A stretch of DNA of 63,524 nt, counting the filler, from Atractiella rhizophila (taxonomy: Eukaryota): the NCBI GenBank assembly GCA_021432655.1. It is 3 parts of 3 records of this genome, joined end to end, with 100 filler letters (N's around TTAATTAATTAA, not from the genome) between each part and the next. Parts side by side here need not be neighbours in the genome. Positions count along the whole stretch, not along the records: positions 1 to 30,420 come from MU271708.1; 2 more parts are not named here. The stretch is one strand, 5' to 3'. Each line of letters opens with the position of its first letter. Positions within the stretch are counted from its first letter, which is position 1. The notes below the pieces were generated by a model. That model was not told where the DNA came from, did not search any database, and saw only the letters and a program-made list of their open reading frames with translations. Of this stretch, positions 1 through 10,263 are shown piece after piece. The translations under genes were made by a program, and so were the position numbers.

Positions 1-1278
1 AACTCGATACCGAACCAAAAGATGGTCTGCCATTCGGTGAGGATCTGTTTGAACGCCTGTTTGACGGTCGTGTTCGACGTGATCTCTGTCGTTCCGTCCC
101 TCAACAGTCTCGCTTCGCAGATCGCCTTCTCCTCTTCAGACAAGAAGCGGGCGTGCGAGGGCGAGCGGGGGAGGATCAAGGCCATGAGGATGGCAACAAA
201 GATCGTGAATCCGCCTTCCCTGAATACAGGCGTCACGTCAGTGCAAGCTTTGGAATGGGGAGGAAAGGACGTACGTGAGGAAGAGGATCTGCCATCCCTG
301 TAGAGCAGCGTGTTTCGCCTGGAATACTCCGTAGGCAATCAATCCCTGTGCAGCGATTTCAGCTTAGCGTTGGAGGATAAAGAGGAGAAAGCGTACACCG
401 AAGGCTCCAGCGATGGAAGCAGCGGCGTAGAAAATTCCCACCCTCCTGGCGAGTTCAGCTCGGGTCTATTTCATTCAGATTCGACTCAGACTCAAATAGC
501 AACATAAAGGGAGAAGAGAGACATACGTAGAAGGTTGAGAGGTAAAAGATGGTACCGGGCAATACGGCAGCTTCAGCGACAGCAAGTAAGAGACGGATGG
601 TGAGGATGCCTCCAAAGTTCTTGACAGCGGCCGAGCACATCTACACATGATCCATCCATACATTCGCCGTCAATTTCGAGTCCTGGGGATGCAGGTGGGG
701 AAAGAGAAAACATACGGAGAGAGCTCCGAATGAGAGTGCCATGATGGGCAGCACGCGCGCAGCGGTGAACTTCTTGATCAGGATCGTGATTGGGGTTCCC
801 ATAACGCAGAAAGGCGCCTGTACGTCCCCTTCACATCAGTAGATGTTCTTTGGAGGAGATAGAGATGGGAAAGCAAACGTAGAAAGCGGTGATGAGTTGA
901 TAATACTGGTTTCCGACTAATCCAATGGCCTTATCGAATCCGTCCGTTTTAGCATTCCCAAGGTTAGCTGTTGTCCCCCACATCGAGTGAGCGATCCATA
1001 CGAATGAAATTGAATGTAAGAAAGGACTGACTCTTGTCGAGTGCATTGCAGAGGTACATGGTAGCCAAAAGGGCGAGGAGCCAAAGGTCGAACTTGCGCA
1101 GAATCTTGCTCTCGACTTTAGGATCAACGGGAGGGATGTCGTGCATGTCCATAGCCCCTTTGACCTCTGCAGAGACGGGGAGGTCTTCGTACGCCTCCTT
1201 GCGGTCTCCATCGCTGAAACCATCCGAGGAAGGCGACTTGTTGTCCAAGTCTGAAGCTGACGATAACGAACGAGCCAT
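1..1278 (-). CDS. MFS transporter, anion:cation symporter (Dal5/Tna1-like) family; 5' part only, cut by the window start
   Basis: Spliced translation MARSLSS...KILRKFDLWLLALLATMYLCNALDK|TNLGNAKTDG...YYQLITAFY and LLLAVAEAAVLPGTIFYLSTFY carries typical ACS-family motifs. Full copy at 49870-51920. Confidence 0.88.
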
Positions 1279-1724
1279 CCTTGCTTCGAGTTAAGTTGTT
1301 GGCCTTGTTGCTGAGGTCTTCCTGGTGGATATACCCTGAAATATACCTCTCGAACTCGTGACGAATTCTTGACGAATTCTTGACCAGACTTCGACGAAAC
1401 TTGATGCAAGTTCGCTGGGGAAAGTGGCCAGCGCAGGATAAGACTTATAAAGAGGGGAAAAAGGTGGAGGGATGCTCGGACGACTGTGAGGCATGTTATC
1501 ATTCAACTGCGACAATCAACGCGTGGTCGTTTGTGCCCGTGCAGATATACTTCCCGCCTTGTCGGCTATTTTAGTACGTGGGTGTTCACTTGATCACTGC
1601 TCCATTTCTTCATTGCTTTTCATCTTGTACCAATCTATCCACTTAAATATCTATTTCTACCCTGTTCCTGTTCCTGCTGACACAAAGAAGTACCTCACCG
1701 TGACAATCAGAACCAGAAACCAAA
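1279..1724. promoter_or_regulatory. Divergent promoter region shared by the MFS transporter and the D-serine dehydratase-like gene
   Basis: 446 bp between head-to-head ATGs. Contains tandem TGACGAATTCT x2 (about 1359-1384) and GATAAG (about 1438). Nearly identical in the second copy (51921-52367). Confidence 0.55.
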
Positions 1725-3452
1725 ATGGCTTCCCAAACGAGCACCCCCGCTGAACTCCTCCCGCTTCCCACCAAAGATGTACTCCTCCAGGCTTTCAAGT
1801 CCAAGTCGCTCTCCTCGCTTCGGACTCCAGCCATAGTCATAGAACGCAAGCCCTATGCGGATAACTGTCAGGCCATGGCTGAAAGGGTCAAAGCAGTCGG
1901 AGCCAGGTTTCGGTTCGTCTATCTTTCTCCGTCCTTATATAACGGATCCTAAGGATGATGTTATACAGAGCTCACGTGAAGTCGCACAAAGTACTTTTCA
2001 TCGTTTGTCCTCATGGAAAGCAAGAGCTGATGCGAGCGATAGACAGCGGAGGGCACTCTGCTTCAGCTGCAAACCTCTCCTGCATCTCACTCCGTCGTCT
2101 GTTCAACCCTACCTGAAGCTTGGGGATTGGTTCATGCCGGATTGGCGAAATCAGGCGTCGTGCATGATGTACGTGCTCATTTCTCTTTCGAAAAATCCTA
2201 TATTCTGCGACAATCCCTTCTCGTTGGACTATTCTCCCAATTTCACTGGTCCTATACCCAAAACCTGTTTTCAATAAATACACTCCAATGATTGTCTGCG
2301 GAGAAATATCCTCAATAAATCTCCAAGAAAATCAAGCTTACCCTGCGATAGATGCTCTACGGTTTCCCATTGCCGCTCGACAAGATCGCAGACCTCGCTT
2401 CTCTCCAGGAGCATTACAAAGAAGTGCTGGTCATGATCGACGACATTCGCCAAGTCAACGGGTTAGCCGCGTACAATGATCGGGAGGGAAAGAAGGTGGC
2501 TTTCAAGGCGTTTGTCAAAGTGAACCAAGGCAATCTGTGCGTCCCTCCCTTCCCCATCCCCATCATCCGGTTTCATAAAATCGCTGACGAGGAACTCTAA
2601 AAATGAACGATAGACGGGCAGGATTGGAGCTCGACTCGCCCGAACTGGCCGCGCTCATCAAATCCATCATCTCCTCCCCGTACCTGTCCATCTACGGCTT
2701 CTACACGCACTCCGGGGACGCCTACGCCTCTCGAGATCCCCAAAAGGCCCAAGAATTCCTAACGACCGAAATCCGATCCGTCGCCTCCGCCTCCTCCTTC
2801 GCTCGGAAGATCTACAAAGAACAACAAAAGGAAGAGGAGCTTACGAGCTTCGTCCTCTCCGTCGGTTCCACGCCTACAGCTCACGTGTCCTCCTCCCTCT
2901 CGCAGTTCAAGGACCTGCTACACTCGACTGACGAGTTGGAGGTCCATGCGGGCGTGTACCCTCTGTGCGATTTGCAGCAACAGAGTACCTCCCTCGTCCC
3001 TGCTGAGAACCTCGCGATGGGAGTGTTGTCTAGAGTTTGCGCCATTTACGAACATCGGAAGCCTCCGCAGGCTCTGATAGATGCCGGAGCCATCGCTTTC
3101 AGTAAGGATCAAGGACCGACGGGTGACTTTGGGAGGGTGTATTTCTCGAAACAGGGTTTGGAAGGATGGAGGGTGTACAAGACTTCTCAGGTTCGTCGAC
3201 CTTCCCCCTTCATTAGAACCCCACTGAGATTGTGGATGTGATTGGTAGGAACATGGTTTGCTTTCCCCTCCGGAGGGGATGTCGGACGAGGAGGCGAAGG
3301 AGCTGTTGAAGAACGTGAGCTTGGGAGAAATCGTCAAGATTCGCCCACAACATGCTTGCCTCACTTGTGCCGCTCATCATTGGTATTATGTGACGGAGAC
3401 TAAGGAGGAAGAGACGGTGAGCGATGTTTGGGTGCCATGGAAAGCTTGGTAA
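1725..3452 (+). CDS. DSD1: D-serine dehydratase-like fold-type III PLP enzyme (copy 1, complete, multi-exon)
   Basis: Spliced protein has LRTPAIVI, FRAHVKSHKT (PLP lysine), GFYTHSG, LSVGSTPTAH, EVHAGVY, DAGAIAFSKD, SQEHG and RPQHACLT (Zn-binding His/Cys), as in yeast Dsd1. Confidence 0.88.
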
Positions 3453-3682
3453 TACTACTTCTTCCTAAATATCGTCATCACAAGAAAGGAAAGAAAATGT
3501 ACCTCCCAACAATGCTGTTATGAATATGTTGTACAGTGGAATTGCATTACTGAGCTTCAAATGAGCAATCAGAACCTGCCACATAAAAGGATGGATATTT
3601 GATATTTGATTTCAGTTGTTCATTTTGATTATGTTTACATTCCCAGTTACATTGTCACAGCGAACAAGGAGGATGGGAGGAA

Positions 3683-4377
3683 TCACGGCTTGACCATCGC
3701 CACGCCCTCGATCTCGACGAGAACATCAAGGGGAAGTCTCGCGACCTACCCCTCCGATCAGCATTCAACACTGAGCACGTTCAGAGACGTACCTCGACGC
3801 AAGTCCTCGTCGGCTTATAGGGTGCGAAAAACTCGCCGTAGACTTTGTTAATGCGTCCAAAGTCGTTCATGTCCTTCAAGTAGACTGAAAGACCCCCATT
3901 GTCATCAGAATTGAGGTTTTGGGATGGCATGGTAGGAGGAGGGACGCACTGTTGCATTTGATGATGTGGTCCTTATCCGATCCGCTGGCGTTCGCTACCG
4001 CAGACAGGTTCTTGAGCACCTGGAGCTGTATCCGACCAATCCATAGAATGATCAGCAACCTCCAACCAAAACATTGAAGATTGAAAATTGGGAATTGGGA
4101 ATCGAATGCGACGAGGGAGACGAACGCATTGAGCCTCCACACCTCCCTCGACCACCTTTCCCTGCAGATCCACGCCGATGCATCCAGAGATGTACACGAG
4201 CGTCGCGTTCGCGGGCACCTTCAATGCAGACACTGTTCACCGACATCGAGGAATCGATCAGCCATCTTCTTCCAACCTGGGAATATTAATAGGGAGGGAA
4301 CACGAACCGAGAGGGACATTCGGGTTGGAGAACGCCTCGCTGGCGGGCACGGTGACGACTTCGAGAGGTGAAGGCAT
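3683..4377 (-). CDS. RidA/YjgF/UK114 enamine/imine deaminase (copy 1, 5 exons)
   Basis: Spliced MPSPLEVV...LVYISGCIG...GGVEAQC|LQVLKNL...IIKCN|IYLKDMNDFGRINKVYGEFF..KPTRTCVE|VARLPLDVLVEIEGVAMVKP*. Catalytic Arg of the PxR motif is retained. Confidence 0.92.
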
Positions 4378-4618
4378 TTGGCTCTTCTTTTCTTTTCTTT
4401 CGATGCAATGGTATGGTACTGAGACTTGCGGATCGCTGGATCGCTTAAAAAGCCTCGAAAGCGGGTACTGTACGATAGCGTGCGTGGGGATGTCTGTACT
4501 CTGGAATTCCACGGCGCCCAGCTACCTTCCAGAAGGAGAAGCAAAAATTTCAAGCGCGTCTCCAACCAACAACACGTCAACCTCAATAACCATTCCTCAG
4601 CCTTTCTCTTCAGTAGCC

Positions 4619-4919
4619 ATGGTGCGTCCCTTGCTCACTGGCCTCATGCAGCAAAGTAATGCTAACGCTGCGACAGTCGAACCTCACCATCAAGTCCATC
4701 AAGTCCCTCATTCCCCTCATGGACCGAGTGCTCGTCAAGCGCATCGAGCCGCTCTCCGTAAGCCTCTCTCTTCCTCTCCTTCACTCTCTGCACCACACCC
4801 TACTGACTGTCTCGTCTCGTCGTCCGGTCGGGCAGAAAACGGCCTCGGGACTCTTCATCCCCACCTCGTCCACCTCCACCCCTCCCGAAGCTGAGGTCCT
4901 CGCCGTCGGAGAGGGATAC

Positions 4920-4920
<1 letters not shown>
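4619..4920 (+). CDS. HSP10: Hsp10 co-chaperonin, 3'-truncated at the poly-A junction
   Basis: ATG|intron|SNLTIKSIKSLIPLMDRVLVKR..|KTASGLFIP..AEVLAVGEGY, then the A-run. Confidence 0.85.
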
Positions 4921-4946
<26 letters not shown>

Positions 4947-4950
<4 letters not shown>

Positions 4951-6450
4951 CTAAGGATGATGTTATACAGAGCTCACGTGAAGTCGCACAAAGTACTTTT
5001 CATCGTTTGTCCTCATGGAAAGCAAGAGCTGATGCGAGCGATAGACAGCGGAGGGCACTCTGCTTCAGCTGCAAACCTCTCCTGCATCTCACTCCGTCGT
5101 CTGTTCAACCCTACCTGAAGCTTGGGGATTGGTTCATGCCGGATTGGCGAAATCAGGCGTCGTGCATGATGTACGTGCTCATTTCTCTTTCCTCCAACGC
5201 AGAGACTATTCTGCGAAAATCTCTTCTCCCTGGACTATTCTCCTCAATTTCACTAAACCTATACCAGAAACTGTTTCCAAAAAATAAACAATAAACTCCA
5301 ATAATTGTCTTCAGAAATATCCTCAAAGAAATCTAGATCAAGCTGATCCTTTTGATAGATGCTCTACGGTTTCCCGCTACCGCTCGACAAGATCGCAGAC
5401 CTCGCTTCTCTCCAGGAGCATTACAAAGAAGTGCTGGTCATGATCGATGACATCCGCCAAGTCAATGGGTTAGCCGCGTACAATGATCGGGAGGGAAAGA
5501 AGGTGGCTTTCAAGGCGTTTGTCAAAGTGAACCAAGGCAACCTGTGCGCCTCTCCCTTTGATCCAGTTTAATAAATCGCTGACCAAGGAACTGTAAAAAT
5601 GAACGACAGACGAGCAGGATTGGAGCTCGACTCGCCCGAACTGGCCGCGCTCATCAAATCCATCATCTCCTCCCCGTACCTGTCCATCTACGGCTTCTAC
5701 ACCCACTCCGGGGACGCCTACGCCTCTCGAGATCCCCAAAAGGCGCAAGAATTCCTAACGACCGAAATCCGATCCGTCGCCTCCGCCTCCTCCTTCGCTC
5801 GGAAGATCTACAAAGAACAACAAAAGGAGGAGGAGCTTACGAGCTTCGTCCTCTCCGTCGGTTCCACGCCTACTGCTCACGTATCCTCCTCACTCTCGCA
5901 GTTCAAGGACCTCTTACACTCGACTGACGAGTTGGAGGTCCATGCGGGCGTGTACCCGCTGTGCGATTTACAGCAACAGAGCACCTCCCTCGTCCCTGCT
6001 GAGAACCTCGCGATGGGAGTGTTGTCGAGAGTTTGCGCCATTTACGAACATCGGAAGCCTCCGCAGGCTCTGATAGATGCCGGAGCAATCGCTTTCAGTA
6101 AGGATCAGGGACCGACGGGTGACTTTGGGAGGGTGTATTTCTCTAAACAGGGTTTGGAAGGATGGAGGGTGTACAAGACTTCTCAGGTTCGTCGACTCCT
6201 TCCTCCTTCACTGGAACCACACTAAGATTAGTGATATGATTGTTAGGAACATGGTTTGCTTTCCCCTCCGGAGGGGATGTCGGACGACGAGGCGAAGGAG
6301 CTGTTGAAGAACGTGAGCTTGGGAGAAATCGTCAAGATTCGCCCACAACATGCTTGCCTCACTTGTGCCGCTCATCATTGGTATTATGTGACGGAGACTA
6401 AGGAGGAAGAGACGGTGAGCGATGTTTGGGTGCCATGGAAAGCTTGGTAA
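4947..6450 (+). CDS. DSD1: D-serine dehydratase-like, copy 2; lacks exon 1 (starts inside intron 1)
   Basis: Near-identical exons to 1725-3452 from RAHVKSHK onward. Confidence 0.8.
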
Positions 6451-6680
6451 TACTACTTCTTCCTAAATATCGTCATCACAAGAAAGGAAAGAAAATGTAC
6501 CTCCCAACAATGCTGTTATGAATATGTTGTACAGTGGAATTGCATTACTGAGCTTCAAATGAGCAATCAGAACCTGCCACATAAAAGGATGGATATTTGA
6601 TATTTGATTTCAGTTGTTCATTTTGATTATGTTTACATTCCCAGTTACATTGTCACAGCGAACAAGGAGGATGGGAGGAA

Positions 6681-7362
6681 TCACGGCTTGACCATCGCCA
6701 CGCCCTCGATCTCGACGAGAACATCAAGGGGGAGTCTCGCGACCTACACCTCCGATCAACATCCAACACTGAGCACGTTCAGAGACGCACCTCGACACAG
6801 GTCCTCGTCGGCTTATAGGGTGCGAAAAAGTCGCCGTAGACTTTGTTGATGCGTCCAAAGTCATTCATGTCCTTCAAGTAGACTGAAAGACCATCATTAT
6901 CATCAGAATTGAGGTTTTGGGACGGCATGGTGGGAGGAGGGACGCACTGTTGCATTTGATGATGTGGTCCTTATCCGATCCGCTGGCGTTCGCTACCGCA
7001 GACAAGTTCTTGAGCACCTGGAGCTGTCATCCGACCACGCCATAGAATGATCAGCGATCTCCAATCAAAACATTGAAGATTGAAGAGTGAATGCGAAGAG
7101 GGAGACGAACGCATTGAGCCTCCACACCTCCCTCGACCACCTTTCCCTGCAGATCCACGCCGATGCATCCAGAGATGTACACGAGCGTCGCGTTCGCGGG
7201 CACCTTCAATGCAGACACTGTTCACCGACATCGAGGAATCGATCAGCCATCTTCTTCCAACCTGGGAATATTAATAGGGAGGGAACACGAACCGAGAGGG
7301 ACATTCGGGTTGGAGAACGCCTCGCTGGCGGGCACGGTGACGACTTCGAGAGGTGAAGGCAT
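6681..7362 (-). CDS. RidA family deaminase (copy 2)
   Basis: Same exon structure and protein as 3683-4377. Confidence 0.88.
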
Positions 7363-7602
7363 TTGGCTCTTCTTTTCTTTTCTTTCGATGCAAAGGTATG
7401 GTACTGAGAACTGCGGATCGCTGGATCGCTTAAAAAGCCTCGAAAGCGGGTACTGTACGATAGCGTGCGTGGGGATGTCTGTACTTGGAATTCCACGGCG
7501 CCCAGCTACCTTCCAGAAGGAGAAGCAAAAATTTCAAGCGCGTCTCCAACCAACAACACGTCAACCTCAACAACCATTCCTCAGCCTTTCTCTTCAGCAG
7601 CC

Positions 7603-8126
7603 ATGGTGCGTCCCTTGCTCACTGGCCTCATGCAGCAAAGTAATGCTAACGCTGCGACAGTCGAACCTCACCATCAAGTCCATCAAGTCCCTCATTCCCC
7701 TCATGGACCGAGTGCTCGTCAAGCGCATCGAGCCCCTCTCCGTATGCCTCTCCCTTTCTCTCCTCCTTTACTCTTCAGCAACTGACTGTCTCGTCTCGTC
7801 GTCTGGTCGGGCAGAAAACGGCCTCGGGACTCTTCATCCCCACCTCGTCCACCTCCACCCCTCCCGAAGCTGAGGTCCTCGCCGTCGGAGAGGGATACAG
7901 GGACAAAGAGGGAAAGATCACGCCGACGACCGTCAAGGCGGGAGACAAGGTCCTCCTCCCCTCGTTCGGAGGACAGAGCTTCAAGCTCGGAGAGCAGGTC
8001 CGTCTTTCTTCCTTCCTTCACAGGTGATAGGGTGTTCATGGTATTCATGTGCGTTGGGTTGGGTTGGGGTGGCAGGAGTATCAAATCTTCAGAGACTCGG
8101 AAATAATCGCCAAAATCAACGAGTGA
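7603..8126 (+). CDS. HSP10: Hsp10 (chaperonin 10), complete, 4 exons; first coding exon is the ATG alone
   Basis: PLMDRVLVKR, KTASGLFIP, VLAVGEG, VKAGDKVLLPSFGG, EYQIFRDSEIIAKINE*. Confidence 0.95.
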
Positions 8127-8851
8127 TCCATTCACCCAAAACCGTCAGCCTCCTCTCCCTTTTATTGTTGAAGGAAGAGAGAGGAGGAGAAGGAGACCAT
8201 CGCATCCAGTCGTACTTGCATTCACATAACATACCTCGTTCACATACGCCTGTCCTAATACCTATATGCTTATGCTTTTGGGAATCTAAGCTGCATTCTC
8301 CACTCTCATCTTGCTCCTCACTTTAGCGACACGTCAGCCCACCACCTTCGAATTCTATGACTGAGAACTGAGTGGTCGCTTTTGTACTCTTACTCGGCAA
8401 GCTACATTATTTCAGGCTGAAGTCGTCTTTCTTACGTCCGAAAAGACTCACTGGAAGGGACGAAGTGATTTTTAAGCTCCTTCCACGGTATACACCCAAG
8501 GAGCAAACAACGCATGAACCGAGCCACTTCTCGAACGAGAAGCACAAGAGTACTCTCAAGCGATCAACAATCGAAATTGCACTCTCAATCGATCCAAAGC
8601 CAAAACGCGAAAAGGGGTGTGAACGAAGGCTATCCAGGCCGGACGAAAGAAAAGGCAGACAAAGATGGAAAGCGTGCCGACCTGGGCTTGATAGACGTTG
8701 CGGTGAGGGGGGGAGTGGGTATCCTAAGTGCTTCACAAGATCGGGGACGGGTTGGTGGTTGTGTACTGTGAAAGAGACGGAATGAATTTATTGAAACCAG
8801 AATCAACAACGGGAGAGGATTTACAGGATGAAGATTATATTGGGGAGACGT

Positions 8852-10263
8852 TTAGTCTTGCTTCTCGATGACCCACATCTGGGACTCATCAGACTGTTTT
8901 CATCCATTATCGATGAGGACCATTCGCAGAGGAGAAAGGCAAAGACGAACCCTGTCAAAGTCAACCATCTTGACAGCTTGGGCATCAGCAAAAGCGGTGA
9001 TGGCCTCTCCGGCAAGAGCACGGGTGGTCATGTCCCTTCACTCACCGTCAACATCTATCCCTCTCATCGAGAAACAAAGAAAGAGCGTACTCAATGTGGT
9101 CCATGGCAACGAAGTAGAAAACTCCGGAATCAGGGGAGGCCCTCTTCTTCAAAGAGCTGGCGATGGACTTGTGCGACCTCCTCATCATGCCAGCCTTGTT
9201 GAGGACCTTCTTGCACTCTGGGTGGTCCTTCACGTATTCGCTGTGCTGGGCGAGCCAGGTGGCGTCCTTGGTGCAGACGGGGGCGACGGCAAGTCCCTTG
9301 CACTCGGGGTGCTTGACGTACCAGTCGGAATCCGCATCCTTAGCGTTGCGGTAGAGCCAATCTCCAGCCTGTTCCAACCCAACGGGATCAAAACCATGTT
9401 CCAAACGCTGCGGACGACAAAGGCAGAAGGACAAAGAGGACAGACCTTGGTGCAACCAGATCCGTCGGTGCTATCGCTGTCGTCGCTCGAGTCGGTCTTC
9501 TCAGAGTCGTCAGTCTTGACAGCAACCTTAGCGACGGCCTTGGTCTTCTCGGAGGCAGAGGAGGAACCATCATCGAGGTAGGAATCGTCGACGGGGATGG
9601 CGGCCCAGAACTGCTTGTAGGGCTCCAAGCTGTCCGTGTGGCACTCGGGCTCGTCACCGTAAGCGCACTCGTAGGCAACTCCGTATTCGTCACGGCCGAT
9701 ATCCTCCTCCCATTGGGCGGAAATCACCTGTTCGGCGAAAAATAACCCATCAGCATTCCCATTTTCCACATTTCTGAGAGAAAGAACGCAACTCACCTTG
9801 TTGTCGGGGACATACCTGATCCTCGTGGATCCGTCACCCCTGAAGGAGGGCTTGAGCTCGAGGGTGTCGCCGGCTCCAAGTCCGGATCCATCTCCGAGAG
9901 ACTTGAGGATCTCAGCGATGGTATCGAGGCTAGGGAGGAAGTTGGCCTGGTCGTTATGGACGTATGTGATGGTAGCGCCAGTCTTCTTGTTCGTAATCTT
10001 GTAGTTTCCATCAAGGGGAACTGCCTCATCCTACACCCAACAACGCGAAAATCAACAATCCCATTCTCTCGACCGACCAAGTCGATTTCTGTCCATTTTT
10101 TTGCAGAATTTTTGGTAGAATTTTCGATGCAAGGAAGACAGCCCGTAAGAGGGAAAGAAAGACATACAACGAGGCTCTTGGCGACTCTGGCGTTGTCAAC
10201 GACGCCTTGCGCATGGACAGCGACGCCGAGGACGGCGAGGGCAGAGATGATCTTTGCGTGCAT
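8852..10263 (-). CDS. Predicted secreted protein with duplicated HPECK motif and QxW motifs; function unknown
   Basis: Signal-peptide-like start MHAKIISALAVLGVAVHA. Strong codon bias, canonical introns, ends SDESQMWVIEKQD*. Conserved in the second copy. Confidence 0.75.

Larger units (their letters stand above)
1944..7899. repeat. Tandem duplication of about 2.97 kb (1944-4920 and 4947-7899) joined by an A27 run
   Basis: ggatcctaaggatgatg... recurs directly after the poly-A. Both units contain most of DSD1, all of RidA and the 5' part of HSP10, with SNPs and indels concentrated in introns. Confidence 0.95.

Noticed and set aside
4920..4946. Poly-A tail of a retrocopy or LINE, or a poly-Lys HSP10 fusion ORF (4659-5294)
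   Set aside because: Introns are retained on both sides, there is no target-site duplication or RT sequence, and the run sits exactly at a duplication junction.
8372..8800. ORFs downstream of HSP10
   Set aside because: Not preserved in frame in the second version (56000-56450).
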